Program-made: the position numbers and the translations under genes
From: an uncultured Chloroflexia bacterium
Lineage (GTDB): Bacteria > Chloroflexota > Limnocylindria > Limnocylindrales > CSP1-4
Direction of reading: 5' to 3'
Length of the DNA stretch: 64,000 nucleotides
Assembly: GCA_963712745.1 (NCBI GenBank)
Contig: CAVQJC010000004.1
Coordinates: 160,001-224,000, forward strand
In this document: piece after piece, positions 30,708-40,624 of the stretch
Layout of the letters: every line of letters begins with the position of its first letter
How positions within the stretch are numbered: position 1 is the stretch's first letter
The notes under the pieces: generated by a model
The model's input: the letters and a program-made list of their open reading frames with translations, nothing else
Told to the model about the DNA's origin: nothing
Database searches by the model: none

Positions 30708-32060
30708 ATGACCGTTCCCGAAGCCCCCAACACCGGTACCGAGCAACCCAACGCCGAGGATGCCCCTGCCTGGGAGAGCCCGGGTGCAGTCGCGCCCGCC
30801 GCGCCCGAGGCAGCCCCGACTCCGCAGCCGCCCCCCCAGCCACCGCTGGCCCCGCTCGTGGCACCGGTCCCACCCCCCCCGCAACCGACGGCCCCGCGCG
30901 CCCCGGTCGGCCCAGTCCCCACCTCGCAGCAGATCGGGCTCGATCCCGGACTGATGCAGCAGACACTGGCGCCGCAGCAGCCCAGCGCCATCACGCCCAC
31001 CGACGAATCCATCGGCGGCAAGATGTGGAAGTACGACTCAGGTCTGGGCGACATCGAGCCGCGCAGCGCCACCCAGGTGCTGAGCACGCTGGCGGGCAAG
31101 GTGGCCGAGGGCGACGTCACCCAGTACCAGCCGGTCCCACTCGGCTTCACGCCCCTGGACAAGTCCATCGGCGGCGGCCTTCGCGCCGGAGAGATGCTGC
31201 TCATCGGCGGCGCACAGGGCACGGGCAAGACCACCATGGCCGTCCAGATGGCTCGCAACATCGTCATGAGCGGTCTGGCCAGCGTCCTCTACATCTGCTT
31301 CGAGCACGACGAGGAGTACCTGCTCAATCGCATCATCGCCCAGGAGTCGGTGCTGCCCAGCCTGCCCAGCCGCAGCGGCGGAGTGAAGCTCACCGACGTA
31401 CGCCAGGAGATCCTGGGCACATGGATGGCCACCGGCGGCCGGAACGCCGATCTTGGCGCCAACCCACGCCTGCGCCCGGCACTCGAGCGCGTCAATCGCT
31501 ATGGGCCCAACCTCTACCTGTTGCGCGGTTCGCAGACGACCAGCACGGTCGAGAATATGGCTGCGCTGGTGGAGAAGTACAAGGAGCTCGCCGGCAACCA
31601 GCGTCTCGTGGTCATGGTCGACTACCTGCAGAAGGTGCCGGTCCACCCCGAACCCCCGAACGAGGTCGAGAAGGTCACCTCGGTGGTTCAGGGCCTGAAG
31701 GACCTCGCCCTCAACTACGAGGTGCCGCTCATCTCCATCGTGGCGGCCGACAAGGAGGGCCTGAAGGCTGCCCGCCTGCGCAACCACCACCTTCGCGGTT
31801 CGTCAGCCATCAACTACGAGGCTGACATCATCGTCATCCTCAACGAGAAGTACCAGATCGTGGCCAAGGTCAACATCGAGTTCAACCCATACCAGGCGCA
31901 GCGCTTCCGCGACTGGGTCGTGCTCACCGTCGAGAAGAACCGTGGTGGCACGACCGCGGTCGATCTCGAATACCAGAAGTACTTCGAGTACTCCTGCTTC
32001 GACCCCAACGGGCGCACGGTCATGGAGAAGCTCATCGAGGAGCGGCTCTACAACGACTGA
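30708..32060 (+). CDS. DnaB-like (SF4/RecA-fold) helicase-domain protein with Pro-rich N-terminus
   Basis: GF..LD...GG, GAQGTGKT, catalytic FE, VDYLQ, LRGSSAI...AD and KNRGG motifs. Confidence 0.8.
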   Translation: MTVPEAPNTGTEQPNAEDAPAWESPGAVAPAAPEAAPTPQPPPQPPLAPLVAPVPPPPQPTAPRAPVGPVPTSQQIGLDPGLMQQTLAPQQPSAITPTDESIGGKMWKYDSGLGDIEPRSATQVLSTLAGKVAEGDVTQYQPVPLGFTPLDKSIGGGLRAGEMLLIGGAQGTGKTTMAVQMARNIVMSGLASVLYICFEHDEEYLLNRIIAQESVLPSLPSRSGGVKLTDVRQEILGTWMATGGRNADLGANPRLRPALERVNRYGPNLYLLRGSQTTSTVENMAALVEKYKELAGNQRLVVMVDYLQKVPVHPEPPNEVEKVTSVVQGLKDLALNYEVPLISIVAADKEGLKAARLRNHHLRGSSAINYEADIIVILNEKYQIVAKVNIEFNPYQAQRFRDWVVLTVEKNRGGTTAVDLEYQKYFEYSCFDPNGRTVMEKLIEERLYND

Positions 32061-32484
32061 CAGACGTGCTTGTCCGCCGACGTACGCACACGCACGATAG
32101 GGGCCTCACGGCCCAGACGGGCACCGGCACAAGGTGCCAGATAGAGTGCCAAGCTCAGCGCGCAGCCTCGCGATGTAGGGGTGCTGTCGTGGTGGCGGCT
32201 CGCCTTTGAGGCTGAACGGCCGTCCTGGGCCGTCCTAGGGGCTCGTGGGTCTCGACACGGGTGCTACCGTGGTCGAGGTGCGCAGGCCGCTGTTCGAGCG
32301 CCCGAGCCTCACCTCCCCGGTGCCGTGACCGGGGGAGAGCCGTGACGAGGGAGATAGCGAGAGTGAGCGTGCGACACTTCGTGTTCGCACTGGTGTTCGC
32401 CGATGTCGCTATGACGATTGGGACGGTTGCCCTCTTCGTCTTTGGCGCCGACGACTATCCCGTGCGAGAGACCGTCCTAGGCAA

Positions 32485-33042
32485 TCAGACTCGGGCCCGG
32501 CCCGCGATGGGCGGACGTCTTCTCAGCTTCAGAGGAGGCAGCTCGGTAGCGCCAACGGCCTGACATCCACCAGCGACTCCGCGACAAGGCCCCGCCCGCA
32601 CCCGACCGCTGGCGTAGGGCTTGCCGCGGGCGGGTATAACGGGCCCAGGAGCCCGCGGAGCCCAGGGGCCGGGTGGCGTCAGGTCCTCGGGCTCGCGTCC
32701 CTCTAGCAGCGCGTCGAGCAGCACCGCCGCGTCATCCTCGCTCAAGACGCGGCCAAATACGAGGCGCATGTCTGGGACGTCGCGTCCTACCAAGGACGAA
32801 ATCGATACAACGAGTCCCGCGGCTTCTCGAACAGCGAGATCAGTGAGAGTTCGGCGGACGACCTCATCCATACGAACATCGATGGCGAAGGCAGGCACGG
32901 TGATTCCACGGCCAGTTATCCGGAGACCGGCCTGGACGAGCGCCGCCAGAACTCGAACGACGACGCCTTCATCGAGGTGGAGGTCTACTAGCCCACCGAC
33001 GAGCCACCGACCGAGGCCCATCCCGCGAGGGCGGGCCTCCAC
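32485..33042 (-). pseudogene. Possible degraded ORF
   Basis: Protein-like central region; the frame continues upstream past an in-frame TAG at 33043-33045. Confidence 0.25.
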
Positions 33043-33540
33043 CTATGTCTCAGCGTTCTCCAACAGGGACCGGTCAACGGCCACCCGCATGCCCCGCGAG
33101 CTGTCTGTCGGACCGGGACTCAACACCGTCCCCGTGTCGGGCGTGACGCCCGCGATGGTGAGCCGATCCTAGCCGCGCCATCGGCCATCGAGGACGGGCC
33201 ATCCACGAGTCAACCGGCTCGGCCACGCAACCCCGCGGGCCGAACCTCCCTCTACGTATGTGTGGGCGGCTCGCTGATGAGTCTGCTCTCACTCAGGGTC
33301 CGGTGGCTCCAGGCAGGCGGAGTCGCCGGACCCTCGGCACTCGTGCCGAGAGCGCGGGTCCCTTGCGTGCGCGACTAGCATGGTGCTGCCCCGGCCGTCG
33401 CCTGCCCGCGGAGCAGGCAGGGGATCCGCGACGGCTGTGGGCGAGCCGGTTGAACGTACGGGCAAGCGCTGGCATCGTCCACCGAGCACCGGCCTGCCTG
33501 CCCCCGAGCCGTGGCGGGTATCCGGTGCCGCTGAGAGGGA

Positions 33541-33759
33541 GTGGCCGCTACGTCGCTCGGAGACCCGGTGGCGCGGAGCCGCGACGGCTACCGGCATCGG
33601 GAACACGTTCGCCAGGCCGACGGCTCGGTCCTGACCCTGTGCGGCAACCTCATCGTCCAGCCCCACTATCACGGCGCCGGCGCCATGTGCCCGGCATGTG
33701 AGGCGCGCTGGCGAGAGCACACGCGCCATCCGCCTCGGCCGAAGGAGCTGGTGGTCTGA
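33541..33759 (+). CDS. Small putative zinc-finger protein (H...LCG...CxxC)
   Basis: GAGAGGGA RBS; H..TLCG and MCPAC ligand pattern. Confidence 0.55.
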   Translation: MAATSLGDPVARSRDGYRHREHVRQADGSVLTLCGNLIVQPHYHGAGAMCPACEARWREHTRHPPRPKELVV

Positions 33760-33844
33760 CCGCCTGTGGACAACCCCCTTGACAATGCGCAAGACCGAGT
33801 GTGGCGGTGACCCCACGGTCGAGGCATGGTCGGGCAACCGCCTA

Positions 33845-33876
33845 AGGCCCGTCCCGCGAGGGGCGGGCCTCTTCTT
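33845..33876 (+). terminator. Intrinsic terminator
   Basis: AGGCCCGTCCC-gcga-GGGGCGGGCCT followed by CTTCTT. Confidence 0.7.
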
Positions 33877-34140
33877 ATGCCCGCTGCGAGCACGGGGCCG
33901 GTCGAGGAGGGCGTCCAACTCGGCGTCGTGGCCGGTCAGCGCTCGTCGGCTTGCGAGTTAGCTGGTGAGTAGACATTGGGCAGAGACTCGAAGGCAGCGG
34001 CAGGCCGTGAAGTCCGACTCGCGTACGCTGGCCGCCTGAGTCGCTCCGAGCCACTGGCGAACCCGACCCGCGAACGACCGAGCGCGCTCGGCATCATCGC
34101 GGCATGATGGCTCGATGAACGGGGTGCCAGAGGCCCGACG

Positions 34141-35838
34141 ATGAGCGAACCGGTCGACGTCGTCGCGCTGGTAGAGCGCCTGGCCCAGAGCGCGGAGCAA
34201 CGCTGGCAGTTGCTCGCCGAGGCCCAGCGGGAGATCGGCCTCGACCCCGAAGCCCCCGTCTCGCCTACGGCGGCACGCGGACCGCGCGAACGTGCCCGTG
34301 AGCTGCGCGACCATGCGCGTTCCTTCCTGTTGCCACGGGCCCATGACCTAGATGCGCCACTGCTCGTCGCCATCGTCGGCCCCACCGGTTCCGGCAAGTC
34401 CAGCCTCCTGAACACCCTGGCCGGCGCAGCGGTGAGCAAGACGGGCGTGCTGCGACCGACCACGCGAGATGTCGTCGCGGTGGGCGACGCCTCCGACCTG
34501 GAGCGCGCCGTCGAGGTCGGCGCCCTGGCCGGCCTCCCTGCCGAGCATATCGAACTACACGTCGCGGACATCCTGCCTGGCTTGGTGATCGTCGACGCAC
34601 CCGATGTCGATTCGGTCGAGCGCGCCGATCGCGCCCTGTCCGACCACCTCCTCGAGGCCGCTGACGTGGGCGTCTTCGTGACGACCTCGACGCGCTACGC
34701 AGACCGCGTCCCGTGGGACGTGCTGGAGCGGGCCGAGGAGCGTCATCTCAACCTCATCGTCATCGTCAACCGGATGCCCGCAGGAAACGACGCCGCGGTC
34801 GTGCTCGAGGACATCAGGGCGCTGTTGGCAGAGACCGAGCTCCGTGTGCGCGAGATCATCAGCGTTCCCGACGGCGCCCTCGCGGACGACGGCGCCTCGT
34901 TGGTGCCGTCGACCGTCGAGCCACTCACACGCTGGCTGGCGACATTGTCGGCCGACGCTGCCGAGCGGCGTGCGCTCGCCGAGGATGCCCTGGCCGGTGC
35001 TCTCCGGGGCGTCACGCCCCTCGCCCATACCGTGGCCGACGACCTCGACCGGGAGGTGCGGGCACGAAAGACGCTCCTCGAGTACGCCCGGCACGCCTAC
35101 GCCGATGAGAACGCCGCGATGTGCGAACGGCTGTTCTCCGGCTCGTTCCTGCGGGAGGAGGTCATCCGCCACTGGCACAGCTTTGTGGGGGCCGACCAGG
35201 TCACGCGATACTTCGCCAAGGGCGTAGGCCGGGTGCGCGGCACGTTGGCGGCGCTCCTGCGCCGGGCTCCTCGCGCGCCGGTGGAGGCGGTACAGCAAGG
35301 CGCAGCCGACGACATCGCCGCGCTCGTCGCGAGTCACACCGCAGAAGCCGCCCGCCGGACATCAGAACGCTGGTCGGCCGACCCCGATGGTGCGCTGCTG
35401 ATCGAAGCTCACCCGGAGCTCTGGTCGTGCTCGCCTGAGCTCGAGACCGCGACGCGCCAGGCGGTGGACGCTTGGATCCAGACGATGGCGCACGACGTGG
35501 CCGAACGCGGTGCTAGGCGGCGCGGTCCCGCGCGCCTCGCGGCGCTGGGCGTGAACGCGGCTGCGGTGACGCTCATGCTCGTGACGTTCAGCAGCACCGG
35601 CGGAATCAGCGGCGCGGAATTCGGCATCGCCGCGGCCACCGCCTTGCTCAATCAGAAGCTGCTCGAAGCCCTCTTCGGTGAGGCAGCGGTGCAAGCGATG
35701 ATCGGTCGTGCGCGCCGGAATCTGAGCGATGCTCTGGAGGCACTCCTGGCCGCGGAGCGGCGACGATTCGAGGTCCAGCTCGGGGATGTCGCCGCGCGTG
35801 AGCGGCTAGCAGACGAACTCCGAACCGTCGGGGCATGA
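34141..35838 (+). CDS. Dynamin-like / YfjP-type GTPase A
   Basis: G1 GPTGSGKS, G2 PTT, G3 DAPD, G4 NR; long helical C-terminus with a hydrophobic hairpin. Confidence 0.75.
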   Translation: MSEPVDVVALVERLAQSAEQRWQLLAEAQREIGLDPEAPVSPTAARGPRERARELRDHARSFLLPRAHDLDAPLLVAIVGPTGSGKSSLLNTLAGAAVSKTGVLRPTTRDVVAVGDASDLERAVEVGALAGLPAEHIELHVADILPGLVIVDAPDVDSVERADRALSDHLLEAADVGVFVTTSTRYADRVPWDVLERAEERHLNLIVIVNRMPAGNDAAVVLEDIRALLAETELRVREIISVPDGALADDGASLVPSTVEPLTRWLATLSADAAERRALAEDALAGALRGVTPLAHTVADDLDREVRARKTLLEYARHAYADENAAMCERLFSGSFLREEVIRHWHSFVGADQVTRYFAKGVGRVRGTLAALLRRAPRAPVEAVQQGAADDIAALVASHTAEAARRTSERWSADPDGALLIEAHPELWSCSPELETATRQAVDAWIQTMAHDVAERGARRRGPARLAALGVNAAAVTLMLVTFSSTGGISGAEFGIAAATALLNQKLLEALFGEAAVQAMIGRARRNLSDALEALLAAERRRFEVQLGDVAARERLADELRTVGA

Positions 35839-35842
35839 TCCG

Positions 35843-37432
35843 ATGACCCTCGAGTCGACCCGGTCGGCGCTCGGGCGCGCCGTCGAGGCCGCCGAGACAC
35901 TCGGCCTTGGGACCGCTGAGGCGCAGGTGGTGGCCCGGACCATCGACGAGCGCCAGGGCTATGCGAGCGACCTCTATGTGCTCGGGCTAGCCGGCGGGAC
36001 CGGCGTTGGCAAGTCGAGCCTCCTGAACGCCCTCGCGGGGACCGACATCAGCCCTGCCGGTGCACGTCGTCCCACCACCAGAGCGCCCGTCGCCCTGCTA
36101 CCCCTTGAGTACCAGGCCGAAGCCGGCCCGCTGCTCGAGTGGCTGGGTGGGGCGGAGGCCAGGACATGGGCCGGTGAGGGCTCCGCCGTCGCCATCGTGG
36201 ATCTGCCGGATCTCGACTCCATCGAGCCGGCCCACGCCGCCCGGGTCGATGCCGTCCTACCGAAGATCGACGCGGTGCTGTGGGTGACCGATCCGGAGAA
36301 GTACGACGACGCCATCCTGCACGATCGCTACCTGCGGCGCTGGATGCCGCGTCTCGCTCGCCAAGCGCTCGTGGTCAACAAGTCCGACCGACTGGCTCCC
36401 GAGGACATGCAACGAGTCTGCGATGACCTTCGGCAGCGACTCAAGGTGGAGGCCTTGCCGGCGGTCCCGGTGCTGGACGTGTCCGCCATCGCCAATGTGG
36501 AGCCGCTACGTGAGTGGTTGCTCGAAGGGGCATCCGCCAAGGCGGTCGTGACCGCGCGACTGCATCAGGGAGCTGTCGATGCCGTAAGGGAGCTGGCCGC
36601 GACTGCCGGCATCGACGACGCCGCGGCGCCCGGCCCGCTCGCCACGACGGCGGCACAGGCCGAAGCTGTGGCCGCCAGTCGCGATGCCATCCTTGACCTC
36701 ATCGGCCCTGAAGGATTGCGCGCTCAGGCGGCTGCGGCGGTACGAGCCGAGGCAGGCGGCGGACCGATCCAGCGCGCACGGACGCTCCTCGATCGCGGCT
36801 CAGGTATCACAGCGCGGCGCGACGATCCCGAGGGCTACCTGCGGCGCTGGCGCGAACGGGGCTCGCTCGACCGAGCCATGGCACCGATCCGGCAGGTCCT
36901 GCTGGCGGCCGCCGGCACCCTGCCCGCGCGACTGCGGCCGAGCCTGCTCGCGTCCGCGGACCCCGTATCCATCGGCGAAAAGCTTGCGATGGGCGTCGAT
37001 GCCGCGGTGAGTAGCCCCGTGGTCAGGGGCGACGGAACGAGCAGCAGGCTCTGGCCGGTGATCGGGCTCTTGCGGCTCGCAGCCATCGCCTCCGTGCTGG
37101 CCGGGGCCATCTGGCTGTTGGTGCAGTTGGCCGTGGCCGGGTCTTCGTCCATACCGGCCGTGCTCATCGTCGGTGGCTTGCTGGCCGCGTTCCTCTTGGG
37201 TCGCCTCCTGCACTGGCAGGCTGGTCGGTCAGGGAAGGAATGGGCGGACTCGATCCTCGAGGACCTTGGGCGTGGGGTGTCGGTGATGGTGGCCGACGTT
37301 CTGGGCGCGCATCTGGGCCCGATGGACGAGGCGCGACATGCACTGTGGGCCGCAGTGCGAGACGTCGAACGAGCGTCTGCGATCGACCGTGATACCCAAA
37401 GGGTTCCGCCGAGGCCGGAACCTCGACCTTGA
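35843..37432 (+). CDS. Dynamin-like / YfjP-type GTPase B with C-terminal TM pair
   Basis: G1 GGTGVGKS, PTT, DLPD, DPEKY, NKSD; two TM helices near the C-terminus. Confidence 0.75.
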   Translation: MTLESTRSALGRAVEAAETLGLGTAEAQVVARTIDERQGYASDLYVLGLAGGTGVGKSSLLNALAGTDISPAGARRPTTRAPVALLPLEYQAEAGPLLEWLGGAEARTWAGEGSAVAIVDLPDLDSIEPAHAARVDAVLPKIDAVLWVTDPEKYDDAILHDRYLRRWMPRLARQALVVNKSDRLAPEDMQRVCDDLRQRLKVEALPAVPVLDVSAIANVEPLREWLLEGASAKAVVTARLHQGAVDAVRELAATAGIDDAAAPGPLATTAAQAEAVAASRDAILDLIGPEGLRAQAAAAVRAEAGGGPIQRARTLLDRGSGITARRDDPEGYLRRWRERGSLDRAMAPIRQVLLAAAGTLPARLRPSLLASADPVSIGEKLAMGVDAAVSSPVVRGDGTSSRLWPVIGLLRLAAIASVLAGAIWLLVQLAVAGSSSIPAVLIVGGLLAAFLLGRLLHWQAGRSGKEWADSILEDLGRGVSVMVADVLGAHLGPMDEARHALWAAVRDVERASAIDRDTQRVPPRPEPRP

Positions 37433-37514
37433 GAGGTGGATCGGCGAAGGGCGGCATCCGCTGGTCGCCGCCGCGACCACACTTGGCCCCAGACCACCCG
37501 ACGTGACGGAGCGA

Positions 37515-37718
37515 CTACGTCAGCCAGGTCACGAAGAGCCAGACCAGTCGCTTGTCGGTGGCGAACCGTTCGATGGTGACGAGCGCCCCCACTTCGAGCT
37601 GGGTGATATCGAGCGTCGCGACATGCCCATCAGGGTCGGCATCGGGCCCAAACTCGTGCGGATAACGCTCGGCTCGGGTGACGGGGACTCCGACGAGCGG
37701 ATAGGTGCTGTCTGCCAT
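37515..37718 (-). CDS. Small hypothetical protein (67 aa)
   Basis: AAGGAGG RBS before ATG; GC3-rich codons. Confidence 0.55.
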   Translation of the reverse strand: MADSTYPLVGVPVTRAERYPHEFGPDADPDGHVATLDITQLEVGALVTIERFATDKRLVWLFVTWLT

Positions 37719-37780
37719 CGCATCCTCCTTCGTGCTTCGCTCCAGGTGGCTCGATCGCGCGGCTCGCATCCTGGCCCGCC

Positions 37781-38260
37781 CTAACCGCAGGGAAGGTCGC
37801 GGAAGCGTGCGTCGACGCGGTCGTACAGCGGATCGCAGACGGCGGCCAGGACTGGCCCAACCCAGGCGGGCATCCCCCGGCGCTCGGTGTAGTAGGGCGG
37901 CATGGCCTCGAAGATGAAGCGGGCACCTCCCAGCGTGTCGCTGGCACCGAACACGATGCGACCGATGCCGCAGAGCAGCAGCGAGCCGAAGCACATGAGG
38001 CACGGCTCGAGGGTCGTATAGCAGGTCATCTCGGCAGCACTGGGCCACAGGTCGATAGGTAACCCCGCCAGCGCCTCGCGTTCAGCGTGGCGCAACGGCT
38101 GGTACCCCTCGCTCAGGACGCGGGCGCTGCCCTCGGCCACGACCTCGTCTCCGAGGGTGATGAGGCTGCCGACGGGAACGTCTCCGCGCGCCTCGGCCTC
38201 AAGAGCCAGTGTCACCGCCCGCTCCATCAGGACGACGTCCCGGCTCGTCCAGTCGATCAT
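37781..38260 (-). CDS. Nucleoside deaminase (TadA/cytidine deaminase superfamily)
   Basis: PVG, HAE, TLEPCLMC and VFG motifs. Confidence 0.88.
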   Translation of the reverse strand: MIDWTSRDVVLMERAVTLALEAEARGDVPVGSLITLGDEVVAEGSARVLSEGYQPLRHAEREALAGLPIDLWPSAAEMTCYTTLEPCLMCFGSLLLCGIGRIVFGASDTLGGARFIFEAMPPYYTERRGMPAWVGPVLAAVCDPLYDRVDARFRDLPCG

Positions 38261-38496
38261 GCCGTCAGCCGCTCCCCGGCTGACGCCAAGCCGAACGTGA
38301 CGCAGGCCCGGGCCGTCGGGTCGGCCGGTTCCTCGGCGGTCGCCGCAGTGGTCCACGCCCCCGGCACTTCGAGGACGACCACCGTGCCTGCTCCCATCGC
38401 ACGCATTCCGTACCTCCTGGGTGCCAACGAGCGGGTCGGGTTCGCCAGTGGCTCGGCGCGGTCCAGGGCGGCCACGGTCGACGAGCCGCGCGTCAT
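38257..38496 (-). CDS. Small hypothetical protein
   Basis: GGGAGG RBS; ATGA overlap with the deaminase start. Confidence 0.35.
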   Translation of the reverse strand: MTRGSSTVAALDRAEPLANPTRSLAPRRYGMRAMGAGTVVVLEVPGAWTTAATAEEPADPTARACVTFGLASAGERLTA

Positions 38497-38690
38497 CGCC
38501 TCCCGCTCCACCCGATTCTCTCGCGGTCGTCCACCGGTCTCGCGAACACGACCGCGAATCGCCATATGCAGAGTGTGATATCTGGTCGCCGCCGCCCACG
38601 CGATCGCGCAATCGTGGCGACATCGAGACCGTTGCCGCGTACCGGTCATCCGCATCCGGTCATGTGCCTGGGCGACCCGGGAAGGATCCG

Positions 38691-39380
38691 TCAGTCGCGC
38701 ACCAGCTCGATGCGTTGCGAGAGCTTGATCCGCCAGGGCCAGCGCCACGTTCGGGCCGAGATGAGGCGCAGCTCGCTCTCGCGGAGCAGCTCGGCAGGGT
38801 CGGGCACATGGCCGTGGAAGAGCGCGAAGACACTCGGTCCGAGGTCCCAGATGAGCACACGCCCACCTGGTCGCAGGACGCGCGCGATCTCATCGATGCC
38901 AGCACCGGGATCAGCCCAGTGATGGAGGGAGAAGGTGCTCACGACGAGGTCGAAGGATTCCGGCTCGAACGGGAGGGCCGCGACGTCGCCGACAAGGAAG
39001 TCGGCCGATGGCCCCGAATCGCCAGAGGACCGTCCGAGTGCGTTCGAGCGAGCCCGCTCGATCATGGCTGGATCAAGGTCGAGTCCGGTGACATCGAACC
39101 CATTGACAGCGGCGATGAGGCCCGCGAGATGTCCTGGCCCACAACCGATCTCGAGGATCCTGGCGCCCGGAGTGACCGTGGTGACGATGTCGGCGGAGAT
39201 CGATTCGAAGAAGGGCGCGAAGAGGACGCCGGTCACCCGGTCGTACGCACCTACCTGGTCGATGAGGATGCCGCCGGGGTCGGTTCTGGACGACCCGGGG
39301 GCCCGAACGAGACGCGTGACGATGAGCGCCAGCCCGGTGGACAGCGCCACCAGCGCGACGAAACGGATGAGCCGGCACAT
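38691..39380 (-). CDS. Class I SAM-dependent methyltransferase with N-terminal membrane anchor
   Basis: LEIGCGPG, GDVAALPF..ESFD, SLHHW and RVLRPGG motifs. Confidence 0.88.
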   Translation of the reverse strand: MCRLIRFVALVALSTGLALIVTRLVRAPGSSRTDPGGILIDQVGAYDRVTGVLFAPFFESISADIVTTVTPGARILEIGCGPGHLAGLIAAVNGFDVTGLDLDPAMIERARSNALGRSSGDSGPSADFLVGDVAALPFEPESFDLVVSTFSLHHWADPGAGIDEIARVLRPGGRVLIWDLGPSVFALFHGHVPDPAELLRESELRLISARTWRWPWRIKLSQRIELVRD

Positions 39381-39585
39381 CAGCGCTGTTCGGACGATGC
39401 GAAGCCGGCTTGCGACGACATGCGGTCTCCGCGGCGGCTCTGGCATGGCATGGTCGCTCGAGGATACGTGCTCGGTCGTGGGCCCGCCGGTACGCCTGGG
39501 CCTGAGCCGACGCGGTCGTGAGCGTTCTCTCGCCAGCCTGCGTCAGCGGCGTATCCCGCAGTCGTGGCCGACGGCGTGCGCCGTG

Positions 39586-40290
39586 CTACTCCTCCGCGGG
39601 TTGCCCCGAGCCGGCGTCCTCGAGCGCGGTCACGCGCTCGTCCAGGTCTTCGACGGCCTTCTCGGTGTCCTTGAGGCGGTTGCGCACGTTGACCACGTTG
39701 ACGTCACCCACCTGCTCCTGCAACTGGTCGACATCCGAGCGGAGCTGCTGGACCTCGGCGTCGATTCGGGCGACGGTCGCACTCAGCTCGCCGACGTCCG
39801 ACGGGCCATAGCGCTTCGTCAGCGTCACGGTCGGGGCGTGCTCCGACTCGACGTCGCCGCATCGCTGGACTACCGGGAATTCGATGACCGCGTCCTGCTC
39901 GTCAGGGAAGCGGGCTCTGAGGCCGAACTCCAGTAGCTGCCCGTCGTCCAACGAACCATCGCTCCAGAGGACCACCGTGAGCGCACCCTCGTCGTCGGGC
40001 TCCGCCCCTTGGTCCTCGTCGTTCGCCGGCACGCCCACGAAGAGCTCCCAGCCGGGCATCGCCTCCGGGGTCGGATTGGTGACGTTCTCCGGTACCGTGA
40101 CCTCGAGCTCGTTCGTCGGCAGGCCATCGCAGCCCGACGTGACCTGGAAATGGATGAGGAACGTACTACCGGGCGTCACGGCGCCACCCTCCGGGATGTT
40201 GACCGCGCTGGCCGGGAGTGCAGCCCCGATGAGGAGCGTTGCCAGTGCAACCGCGACGGCGACCCGGCGCGAGGCTAGATGTCGTTTCAC
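39586..40290 (-). CDS. YcnI/DUF1775-like secreted protein with C-terminal coiled coil
   Basis: Signal peptide; F.V..GC, P.AMPGW, W..G, F...ARFP and FPVVQ.C pattern. Confidence 0.7.
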   Translation of the reverse strand: MKRHLASRRVAVAVALATLLIGAALPASAVNIPEGGAVTPGSTFLIHFQVTSGCDGLPTNELEVTVPENVTNPTPEAMPGWELFVGVPANDEDQGAEPDDEGALTVVLWSDGSLDDGQLLEFGLRARFPDEQDAVIEFPVVQRCGDVESEHAPTVTLTKRYGPSDVGELSATVARIDAEVQQLRSDVDQLQEQVGDVNVVNVRNRLKDTEKAVEDLDERVTALEDAGSGQPAEE

Positions 40291-40624
40291 GTGCTCTCTC
40301 CGGTAAGGGTGGCTGGGCCGCCAATCGTAGTCGCCCGGCCGGTGGCGCGCTCGAAGGCATCGCCCGTGCGCTCCTTGCCGCCGAGTGCCGCGACTTCCCC
40401 ATCGATGGACTCGAAGGGGCCACCGGATACCCTCGAGCTGTTGATGGCGAGATCGACAGCGGAGGATGGCCCATGGCCCCGGTGGACAGTCTGGCACGCC
40501 TGCGCAAGGCACTCATCGACCCAGCCGAGCGGGGTGAGGCACCCGTGACCCAGGCCACGGCCGGTCGAGCAGAGCGGGGCCTCCGTCTGCTCCCGACTGG
40601 CTAGATACCCCAGGCCCGTAGCTG

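Noticed and set aside
33274-33300. CTGATGAG resembling a hammerhead ribozyme core
   Set aside because: No GAAA after a stem II; only a simple TGAGT/ACTCA hairpin
33765-33773. oriC based on a DnaA-box-like 9-mer near the DnaB-like gene
   Set aside because: Single box, no cluster, no AT-rich unwinding element, no dnaA
33821-33842. GGCATGGTC and GGGCAAC words recalling the HDV ribozyme
   Set aside because: Too short, and no nested double-pseudoknot pairing found
40239-40604. + strand ORF ending at the IS junction
   Set aside because: No convincing start or motif; its TAG is part of the target core, so the IS did not truncate it
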